Source: Antedon mediterranea (taxonomy: Eukaryota > Animalia > Echinodermata). From it: a stretch of 64,000 bases of DNA. The stretch lies in assembly GCF_964355755.1 (NCBI RefSeq), contig NC_092677.1:15894101-15958100 (forward strand). The letters are read 5' to 3'. Every line of letters starts with the position of its first letter. Position 1 is the first letter of the stretch. Of this stretch, positions 26,440-36,977 are shown one piece after another. The translations under genes and the position numbers were made by a program. Below the pieces are notes generated by a model that worked only from the letters and a program-made list of their open reading frames with translations, made no database searches and had not been told where the DNA came from.

Positions 26440-26888
26440 AAACCAGCATTTTTTTTTTGACTAGAAGGTTCTGTCAAACCAACCTTGCAGTGCTAGTCTC
26501 TGCCGCTACATATGATGCTTTGAATGACAAGAAGCAATGTGGTGTGATTTATACCGATTTCTCAAAAGCTTTTTATTCTGTTCTCATGTATTTTCTTATT
26601 TTTTTAATATCTAAGTTTGGATTTTCTCTTTTGAAGTGGTTTAGTGATTTTACGAAATAGGCAACAGAAGGTCGTTACTATTAATGGCCAGTTTTCCGAG
26701 TGGATGTCACGCATGGGTAGATTCTAGGTACTCTGATATTTAATTTAATTTATTCATTAACGATCGATCTTCCATTTCATTTTAAATATTCTGATTCACT
26801 TTTATTTGACGATAATATTAAATTATTCAAACATTATTTCTTCCCCTCTGGATGCCCTTCAGTTGCAGGAAAATTATTCACGTCTTGC
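26440..26888 (+). pseudogene. Decayed LINE reverse transcriptase fragment (duplicated at about 38360-38808)
   Basis: RRFCQTNL...YDALNDKKQCGVIYTDFSKAFYSV...LLKWFSDF, then RQQKVVTINGQFSEW and ILGTLIF: RT motifs of CR1/L2-type LINEs. Confidence 0.8.
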
Positions 26889-28067
26889 TATTCCAGTCAA
26901 TCTATGACAAAAAAGGGCGTAACCCAAAACAAATTGCAATAGTTTCCAAACCTTTTTTATTTGATTCTATAAGCATCTGGGAAGATCATTTCCAAAATCT
27001 ACCAAAATCGGTTCAATGGAACATACTTTTTAAGGGGTTTTAAGGTCATAGGGGTCAAATTACACATTTTTCTATTTTGAAAACTACTAGGCGTAGCATG
27101 TTAATTTTGGTGTCAAACTACTCAGAAGACCCATATTTATATGTACTCTAATGAAACCTTTTTACCAAAAATTACAGGAAAGCATGTTTTTGACCTTTGA
27201 CCTATTTTATTGTATATTTTCGTATATTCGTATCTTAGTAACCAGTGGGCGTAGATGAGCGTTATTTGCGTCAAACTACTCATAAGGTCAATGTTTATAT
27301 TAGTTCTAATGGAAAAGATTCGTGTAAAATGACCGGAAGTCATTATTTTGACCTTTGACACATATTCATTATTTTAGATTTCTCAGTAACTACATTTTTT
27401 ATATCTCAGTAACCACTAAGCACAACTTTGTCAATTTTGTGTCAAAAGATTCAGAAGACTCATATATTTATATTCACTATAGGCCTAATGAAAAAGTTTT
27501 TTTAAAAATGGATAGAAACTATGTTTTTGACCTTTGACCTATTATACCAGTATATTTGTTTATATTTACTCTAATGAAAACAAATGCAAATGTACAATAT
27601 AACCGAAAATCATTATTTTGACCGTTGTCATGAATAAATCTCGGGTCTCGAGTATAACATTTTAAATTTGACCAAATAATAAGTGCGGCGATCTGACAGA
27701 CGTTGGGCTGGAATATCAACTGATCTTGCCATAGAACAGTGTCTTATGCGTAGCATAAAAACAAGAGGAGGTCTAACAAAAAAAAAATAAAAAATTCAAC
27801 GACTTGTCTGGGTCCTTTCAACTCCAGTCTGCGCCAAGATCAATCATTCAATGCAAGAGTTCACTAACGTGTTGTATACTACCAGTGAACAACATAAAGA
27901 AACAACATATGCCAGAAAGATGAAGGACCTCAGTGATGTACAAGACATATCAAGGTATCTGACACAGCGAAATCCATTCAATACAGACAGTACAAAATCA
28001 CTGACAAACATTGCAACTGGAGTGACGGCACATATCAATGTAGACTGTGACAATGCCAAGCATGTAG
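26889..28067 (+). mobile_element. Left part of the Academ element, duplicated copy (no right end in this copy)
   Basis: Matches 38809-39963; terminus TATTCCAGTCAATC versus TAGTCCAGTCAATC. Confidence 0.85.
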
Positions 28068-28544
28068 CAGGCCCGTAGCCAGGGGGGGGGGGGGTTGTAT
28101 GGTTCGGGCGAATCCCCTTTACAGCGACCCCCCCCCCCCTCCCCATAACCGACTGTGAACCCCTATCCCCGACATCCACAATACCTCACCACACCCTCAT
28201 CTCTGAAAATGCCCCACAATACAAAAGGTTGTTTGTAAATTGAAAAATTTGTAAACTCGTCCGTGAATAACTCATACCTTATTGTTAAACAAATGAATTG
28301 GTTGCCGATTTTCACCTGAAAAATAATACGAATTTTTGGTCCCAGGATGTAACATGATATTGACGCGAGCTTGAGCACGAACGAATCGTACAAAGAACAC
28401 CGTTAGACAACCGCGTACCTATTGTTTCGATCACTGGCAGTCAGCATGCATAAAGTATATAGCCTTCCGACGTACATCAAAAAATGGAACGCTGCGGTTA
28501 CCTACAATATTTATGTGTGGCTATGAAGTATAGTGTATCATCAT

Positions 28545-28591
28545 CATAGAGGATTATAGTGAATTTAATATATTACACTATAATATCTATG
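28545..28591. other. CATAG hairpin with 16-17-bp arms and 7-bp flanking repeat (duplicated at 40438-40484)
   Basis: GTATCAT-cat-CATAGAGGATTATAGTG-aatttaatatatta-CACTATAATATCTATG-GTATCAT. Confidence 0.55.
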
Positions 28592-29602
28592 GTATCATGT
28601 ACTGTAGTTTACATTAGGCCTATGGCATTCGATTATTTTTTTCTAGACCACCAGCCGATACGTAGGCCTACTCAACTGTACCAATACCACCTATTTACAT
28701 TGATATATTTAGTTTCCTCAACAAATTGCTGTAAATAAATATAGATAGAGCTATCAGGGGCGGTCACAGGACTATTTTAAGAGGGTTGCCCAAAGACTCC
28801 AGGGCTGTAGACACTGAGTATTTGAGCAAGCAAATTGTTAAATGACACCCCTAGATGGCCGCAAATAGTACTCTCGCACGTAAATCATTAGGCGCAGGAG
28901 CCCCGGATAGCGTTACGAAGTCGTTAACTCTGTCAGCCCATGGTCAACCCAACTAATGTGTTTTTCCCAAGGACAACTTATCAATAACTAAACTTTGTCA
29001 CCACCCATAAGTGTGCTGTTCATTTCCTATTGACCAATGAACACCAATGTAACTGGACCTGAGTTTCTTGCTATTCGACCTTGGGTGCAAATTATACAAT
29101 TAATTGATGTTAAGGCCACTGACTACTCTTTTCTGTATAGAAACACTGAATTGACTGAATAATAAGAAAACCCTACAATAAGTTCTACTACTACTTGATA
29201 TGGTGTTATACAAGAACTATATTAAAAGTTAGATGATATCTATCAGATATCATTTTCTAAAAATTGTTTCATTAGTTAGAATAGATCACGGAATACCAAT
29301 ACTGATCTGGACTCGGAAATTCAAAATGTAGCAGGCAACGTTTCACCAATGAAAACTTTCAAGACAAACAAAGTATCATAATTATCATGATATCAATTTT
29401 TATTTAATAACGATAAATGGATATAAATATTTCGTCTTTTTTGTTATTTTGTGATGGAAAATATATTGAGTGAACATTGGCACTGAGCTTAAATATTCCC
29501 CGTCCCCTTAATGTCCGCTTTATAGGAGTGTCCCCTCAGTAAGGATTTGCTGTTTTGCCCCTTAATAATAAATTATGATGTCCATCTTATCCTCTCAATT
29601 TT

Positions 29603-32600
29603 AATGTGCTACACCCGATAATAGAATACACATCTAACTCGTGTGTACTTTAGAGAACCTAGTACATCTTTCGAGACGAGTGGGGGGTTACCCCGGTGTA
29701 TTATCACAGCCACTGATCACCAACTGGGCCCTCTGGGAGACCAGTCTTTGACTGAAGAGGTTACCCATTATAAATATATATTTCAATTCAATAGAATAAC
29801 TGTACAGTAGGCTCCCATTTGATGCAATGTGTTACCCAATGTGCTCATTTGATTGTGCTACCCAAATCCATGCTATCCATTTGAAATAATTTGCTATCCA
29901 TTTGAAAGAATGTGCTACCCGATAATCCGTATAGAATAATGTACAGTACAATTACATATATGCATTTGATTGTGCTACCTAATGTGCTATCCATTTGAAA
30001 TAATGTGCTATCCATTTGAAAGAATGTGCTATCCATTTGAAAGAATGTGCTACCCGATAATCCGTATAGAATAATGTACAGTACAGTACTATATCTATTT
30101 GATTGTGCTACCCAATGTGCTATCCATTTGAAAGAATGTGCTATCCATTTGAAAGAATGTGCTACCCGATAATCCGTATAGAATAATGTATAGTACTATA
30201 TTCATTTGATTGTGCTACCCAATGTGCTATCCATTTGAAAGAATGTGCTACCCGATAATCCGTATAGAATAATGTACAGTACTATATCCATTTGATTGTG
30301 CTACCTAATGTGCTATCCATTTGAAAGAATGTGCTACCCGATAATCCTTATAGAATAATGTACAGTACTATATCCATTTGACTGTGCTACCTAATGTGCT
30401 ATCCATTTGAAAGAATGTGCTACCCGATAATCCGTATAGAATAATGTACAGTACAGTACTATATCCATTTGATTGTGCTACCCAATGTGCTATCCATTTG
30501 AAAGAATGTGCTATCCATTTGAAAGAATGTGCTACCCGATAATCCGTAGGCTATAGAATAATGTACAGTACTATATCCGTTTGATTGTGCTACCTAAATG
30601 TGCTATCCATTTGAAATAATGTGCTACCCGATAATCCTTATAGAATAATGTACAGTACTATATCCATTTGATTGTGCTACCCAATGTGCTATCCATTTGA
30701 AATAATGTGCTATCCATTTGAAATAATGTGCTATTTGAAAGAATGTGCTACCCGATAATCCGTATAGAATATTGTACAGTACAATTACATCCATTTGATT
30801 GTGCTACCTAATGTGCTATCCATTTGAAATAATGTGCTATCCATTTGAAATAATGTGCTATCCATTTGAAAGAATGTGCTATCCATTTGAAATCATTTGC
30901 TATCCATTTGAAAGAATGTGCTATCCATTTGAAAGAATGTGCTACCCGATAATCCGTATAGAATAATGTACAGTACAGTACTATATCTATTTGATTGTGC
31001 TACCCAATGTGCTATCCATTTGAAAGAATGTGCTATCCATTTGAAAGAATGTGCTACCCGATAATCCGTATAGAATAATGTACAGTACTATATCCATTTG
31101 ATTGTGCTACCTAATGTGCTATCCATTTGAAAGAATGTGCTACCCGATAATCCTTATAGAATAATGAACAGTACTATATCCATTTGACTGTGCTACCTAA
31201 TGTGCTATCCATTTGAAAGAATGTGCTACCCGATAATCCGTATAGAATAATGTACAGTACAGTACTATATCCATTTGATTGTGCTACCCAATGTGCTATC
31301 CATTTGAAAGAATGTGCTATCCATTTGAAAGAATGTGCTACCCGATAATCCGTATAGAATAATGTACAGTACTATATCCATTTGATTGTGCTACCTAATG
31401 TGCTATCCATTTGAAAGAACGTGCTACCCGATAATCCTTATAGAATAATGTACAGTACTATATCCATTTGACTGTGCTACCTAATGTGCTATCCATTTGA
31501 AAGAATGTGCTATCCATTTGAAAGAATGTGCTACCCGATAATCCGTAGGCTATAGAATAATGTACAGTACTATATCCGTTTGATTGTGCTACCTAAATGT
31601 GCTATCCATTTGAAAGAATGTGCTACCCGATAATCCTTATAGAATAATGTACAGTACTATATCCATTTGACTGTGCTACCTAAATGTGCTATCCATTTGA
31701 AATAATGTGCTACCCGATAATCCTTATAGAATAATGTACAGTACTATATCCATTTGATTGTGCTACCCAATGTGCTATCCATTTGAAATAATGTGCTACC
31801 CGATAATCTTTATAGAATAATGTACAGTACTAAATCCATTTGACTGTGCTACCTAATGTGCTATCCATTTGAAAGAATGTGCTACCCGATAATCCTTATA
31901 GAATAATGTACATTACTATATCCATTTGACTGTGCTACCTAATGTGCTATCCATTTGAAATAATGTGCTACCCGATAATCCTTATAGAATAATGTACAGT
32001 ACTATATCCATTTGATTGTGCTACCCAATGTGCTATCCATTTGAAATAATGTGCTATCCATTTGAAATAATGTGCTATTTGAAAGAATGTGCTACCCGAT
32101 AATCCGTATAGAATATTGTACAGTACAATTACATCCATTTGATTGTGCTACCTAATGTGCTTTCCATTTGAAATAATGTGCTATCCATTTGAAATAATGT
32201 GCTATCCATTTGAAAGAATGTGCTATCCATTTGAAATAATTTGCTATCCATTTGAAAGAATGTGCTACCCGATAATCCGTATAGAATAATGTACAGTACT
32301 ATATCCATTTGACTGTGCTACCTAATGTGCTATCCATTTGAAATAATGTGCTACCCGATAATCCTTATAGAATAATGTACAGTACTATATCTATTTGATT
32401 GTGCTACCCAATGTGCTATCCATTTGAAATAATGTGCTATCCATTTGAAATAATGTGCTATCCATTTGAAAGAATGTGCTATCCATTTGAAATAGGCCTA
32501 ATGTGCTATCCATTTGAAAGAATGTGCTACCCGATAATCATAGAATAATGTACAGTACTATATCCATTTGATTTTGCTACCTAATGTGCTATCCATTTGA

Positions 32601-32830
32601 AATAATGTGCTATCCATTTGAAAGAATGTGCTATCCATTTGAAAGAATGTGCTATCCATTTGAAAGAATGTGCTACCCGATAATCCGTATAGAATGCACA
32701 GTACAGTTATATCATAGTTATATCCATTTGATTGAGCTATCTATTGTGCTATCCGTTTGAACTAATGTGCTGTCTGTTTGAAATAATTCAGGGTTTTTTT
32801 TTTAAATATGTTTTGCTATCCATTTTAAAC
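29603..32830. repeat. Satellite array inside the TIR element: about 85-bp core with a variable number of 21-bp subunits
   Basis: Core CCCGATAATCCGTATAGAATAATGTACAGTACTATATCCATTTGATTGTGCTACC followed by 1 to about 6 copies of AATGTGCTATCCATTTGAAA(G/T); degenerate at both edges. Confidence 0.95.
29629..29789 (+). mobile_element. 5'-truncated SINE (Deu-domain-like 3' part) with 9-bp TSD
   Basis: GAACCTAGTACATCTTTCGAGACGAGTGGGGGGTTACCCCGGTGT resembles the DeuSINE central domain; TTCAA tail; TSD AATAGAATA at 29620-29628 and 29790-29798 splits a satellite unit. Confidence 0.6.
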
Positions 32831-32889
32831 GTGCTAAACAAGTTACATATTTGTTGATATAAATTTGCGGTACACCACGTAGGCCTATA

Positions 32890-32965
32890 TTAGTTCTGAA
32901 AAGAACTGTTGAGTTGCTTGACGTTTCGATTTAGGCCTACTCCAAAGTCAAAGTCTCCAAAGCTA
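32890..32965 (-). mobile_element. Penelope-like terminal remnant with degenerate hammerhead
   Basis: Minus strand ...TCGAAACGTCAAGCAACTCAACAGTTCTTTTCAGAACTA; upstream CTGANGA box is mutated. Confidence 0.4.
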
Positions 32966-35342
32966 TTCCATCATGTCGTATTCGGAAAATCGCCCACAAG
33001 TGTTTTCTCAGAGAAGGGTATGTTCTGTATGGGGTTCTGTATGCTATTTTTTAATAATGTACAAAAAATGAAATGAAAAATCATATTAATTATCGGTATG
33101 TACGGAGGAAGCTCGAACAACACGAAGCGCGAAACAAATAAAAGCGCAGCGCGAAACATCTGAAATGATATACAATTTCTCAAAACATGAAAACACAGAA
33201 TATATTATATTAATATAACTTTTTAATATTTCCAAAGGCTCGGACAAGGAAGAAGGGCCTTAAAAAACTGAATTGCTATATGTTAGGCCACATTTCCATA
33301 ACTTTTCAAAACTCATCGAACCCTCTGCTAGTAGGCCTAATTAATATAGGAGCGTATCGCCAAATCATTAGAGAAAAAAAAACATGGCATGAAGATGTAA
33401 TTAATCAAACAACGGCCAAAGAATACCAACAATTTTAATTTAGGTTTCGATTCGTAATTACTAATGTGGTGGACTAAGCCTAGTTTGAAACTATAGTGAC
33501 CATTTATTTTAGAAAGAAAGATAGACAAATTTGTTTCCATCTCCATGTTATTGTTAATACCAAGGCACTTTTCAATTAAAAATTCTGGCCTAGTATTCTT
33601 GCAAGGTCGTCACAGCTCCAGTTACAAAGGTCGTCACAGCTCCAGTTACAAACGGTGATACAAAGTGTCAATCATTTGACCAGTGAACAGCCCACTGGTA
33701 GGATAGTCCTTGAAACCGTCCGTAAAACACATTAATCACTCACATCAGTCATGCCGCTAATGGTTGAAAACCTCACTTTTTGGGGTTTTCAAACGTAACG
33801 CTATCCGGGGCTCCTGCGCCTAATGTTATGATAATTTTTTTTTCGTTCAATGCAAACGTCGCGGGGAAGTCTCCGATTAAGGTACTTTTGGTACGGTAAT
33901 ACATTCTAATAACTGTACTCAATTAATGTAAATTAATTATCAATTAATAATTTTAAAAAGTTGTACAAAAAATATGAAGCAGTTGCTATAAATATATTGA
34001 GCAAAAGGTTAAATTGTATAATTTGGAATTTTAATTCATTTAAAAATGCTAAATAAAGTCAGATGTTAAAACCACATTTTCCAAAAATTCATTTTCATTT
34101 ATCCACTATAAACTTTACAAAAGTGTTGTTTTAAACCACACTCCAAATAAAACAAAGAAAATAATGATAGGAAATTTGCAGAAAGAAGCAAACTTTGCTC
34201 TGTTACCGGTATAACACGGTTCAAGTTTTGGAACGTCTATAAATTACTACGGAAATTCGGCCTATTTACGACGAACGTACGGAAATGAAAATAAATAGGG
34301 AAATACAACACTATACGCACAATTATGATTTGGCCTAAAAATTGCCCTTAGATTATGGAAAACCCCCGGCAAAACGCAATAATTATGGACAAATCGATTA
34401 TTAGCCTTGGCAATATGGCTAATATTTAAAAGGAATGAATATAGGCTATATTTCGTTTGTCGATGAATTTTTTAAATCATGTGTGAATGATTGATCCATT
34501 AGAGGTAATCTGTGATGGTTCTAGTAACACTGCTATGCGTGCGTAATTTGTGAATAACGTAGTAGTATGCTACATACACGAGCCTAGATAGGGAGGATCT
34601 GTACTGTCGTTCATTGCGAGAGGAGGGGGAAGTCCGGTAATGTGTCATGAAAAATGTAACAAGCCAGAGATGAAATAAAATTACTAACATTTAGCTGATT
34701 GTCGTTGTTTTAGTCGTCGTCAGAAGTTTATCGACCGACATCTATTTCTCATGTGTAGTAGAACGTTTCTTTGATTGAATAATTTTTTTTGTATTATAAC
34801 ACAAGTTCATTTTGGATTTTCAGTAAATTACCAATTGTTTATTCAAAGTCAAACTGTAACTAATCCCTCACTATTCAATCAAAATGTTATTATACTACTG
34901 TATTGTTGAAAAATGGATTGCGTGACTTGAAAATAGATTGATAGTAAAATGTAATAAAGACACGTCCTTGTCTGGTTATTAGGTATGCATGCTCTGATAA
35001 AGCAGAGAATTATTTTTGTAGCGTTCCATTTAAAATAGATTTTATTACAAAGAAATATTTTGGTTGTGAAGGTCGTTTTAACAATTAGGCTAATATCCAA
35101 ACAGTCAACAATGATAAAATGCCCTGCAACTCTGTAACTACTTTATGACTAAGCCTATCAAGTTCCGTGTCCGGATGGTATACGATGAAATGGAACTCAA
35201 TTTCAATTTAGTGGCAGAAACAACATTTAGTATGAAATTAAGGCTGTTGCCCGGGCCACAAGGGAAACACAGTGACAGTGGGACAGTGACCCAAATACTT
35301 AGTGTCCGAACCCCCCCTTGACAGATCCTGGCTACGGCCCTG

Positions 35343-36528
35343 TCAAGTTTCATCCAGGGACCAAAATGTGTAATGTGTTATTTTCCAGGCGAAGTTTACC
35401 GACGGTTACGTCGTGTACTGCGTCGACGTACGCTACACTACAGCAAAAACGAATTATGTTAATTGTTCGTTTGTTCACCAATTTTTTAATTTACAAGTAA
35501 CCTTCTGTACCGTGGGGCACCTAAAATAAATTTTTCATCCATTACTAAACAAAAAAACATGCCATTTTCGCTTAGCCAACATTATAGCTATAGTTATTAC
35601 ATTTTCAATATCCTGTATGTCATGAATTTCTCACCACTCGGAAGTCCAGATGGTACGCATGCATACACCTGGGAGGAATAAACTTTTTTCCCCGACTGAA
35701 AAAGGTCTACGCTTGCGTTTTTTAAGCCTCTAGGCCTGATGTTTCCAAAGTATAAAATGCAATTTTTTGAAGACCTGCAGCTCTAGTTTTAAACATTTTC
35801 TTAGCTCAGCCCCAACAATAAAGCTGGTCATATTTCGAAGAACAAGAAGTACATTTTCCGGGACCTAACATCTCTATTTTTCAAGCATTTCTTAGCTCAG
35901 TCACAACCCATGATAGGGACTTATATATTTTTTTTCATGTTTTGAAGTATAATAAGTCCAATTTCCGGGACCTCCAACTCTTTTTTTCAAAATTTTCTTT
36001 GAACTTTTATTTTTTAAATTGAAAAAATATGGATTGAAACAGTCATCGCGCATCGTTTTTTTGCACGCAGTATTTTATTTATGCATTATAAAAAATGGAA
36101 AAAATGGCTACCCTAAATCTGATTAAAAAGACCTCAAATGACGCTAGAACGCGTTGCTTCCGGGGGCTTCGCCTCCTGGACCCACCGGGGGCCCTTGGCG
36201 GCCCCTGGCCCTCAGCCTAGTGATGCTCGCTTCGCTCGCATAGCCCCCTCGTCGGGGAATGTAGCCCCCGCGTCGGGAAGATCCTGGCGCCACCCCTGCT
36301 GAGTTGGCCTCATCATGAAAGCGTTAAGTTCTGGTGTCCATCGTTCAACTAGCCCAAGCCACAACAGAGAGTCTTACATCAGTCTTTAGAACGTCAAATA
36401 ACGCAAATTTTTCCAGGGCCTTCGGCCCCTGGACCCTGACCGGGGGCCCTTGGCGGCCCCCTGGCCCCCAGCCATTGTTGCTCGCTTCGCTCGCACCCCC
36501 CCCATTATAAATGCTGCATACGGGCCTG
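35343..36528. mobile_element. Unique junction segment ending in two hAT-type right ends
   Basis: ATCCTGGCGCCACCCCTG ends at 36298 and GCTGCATACGGGCCTG at 36528; both preceded by GGGGGCCCTTGGCGGCCCC and CTCGCTTCGCTCGC motifs; no matching left ends in the segment. Confidence 0.7.
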
Positions 36529-36934
36529 TATTATTTAAACAAGCACGAATGTGCGATACTCGGAGTACAGCAAAAGAAGCTGTAATGACGTCATAAGACG
36601 GGATGTGACGTCACATACACATCAATCATGGAGGTATACCTCCATGCATCAATAACCTCGCTAACAAATATGGCTATACGGTACCATCTTCGAGACGTCA
36701 TATGGCTGCATTCGGTTTGAAATTTAAAAATCCGGCTATAGCTTTAAGAACATGTCCCTTTAGTATATTCATGGCAAATACCAGCTCAATACTACAACGA
36801 ATAAGGAAGGAGTAGTACTTTATAAATCGCACTTTTTTTCGATTGGTATCATGTTTATGGCGTCATAATTCTGCATCCGGTTGAAATACGAACATGTTTC
36901 TCTCTATAACTTTGTTCATCTATTACCCTAGTAG

Positions 36935-36977
<43 letters not shown>

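Larger units (their letters stand above)
28886..33825. mobile_element. 4.94-kb non-autonomous TIR element with no target-site duplication (unclassified)
   Basis: Perfect 32-bp TIRs CATTAGGCGCAGGAGCCCCGGATAGCGTTACG at 28886-28917 and 33794-33825; flanks ACGTAAAT|TTATGATAAT are contiguous in the duplicate at about 40771-40788. Confidence 0.85.
23173..35342 (+). repeat. Segmental tandem duplication, copy 1 (carries two extra insertions)
   Basis: Near-identical to 36529-42304 after removing 23754-25198 and 28886-33825; identical ORF pairs in the track (e.g. 26250/38170, 27851/39747, 34499/41452). Confidence 0.95.
28068..35342. mobile_element. hAT-like element (copy 1) containing the nested 4.9-kb insertion
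   Basis: TIRs CAGGCCCGTAGCCAGG / CCTGGCTACGGCCCTG; left flank TGTAG but right flank TCAAG. Confidence 0.85.

Noticed and set aside
29603-32830. Possible CRISPR-like array
   Set aside because: The intervening sequences are themselves repeated subunits, not unique spacers; eukaryotic context and no cas genes.
28886-33825. Classification as a standard Spy or Academ element
   Set aside because: The break is AAAT|TT rather than AAA|TTT; reading the termini as TAG leaves flanks CAT and ATG, which are not a direct repeat and are absent from the empty site.
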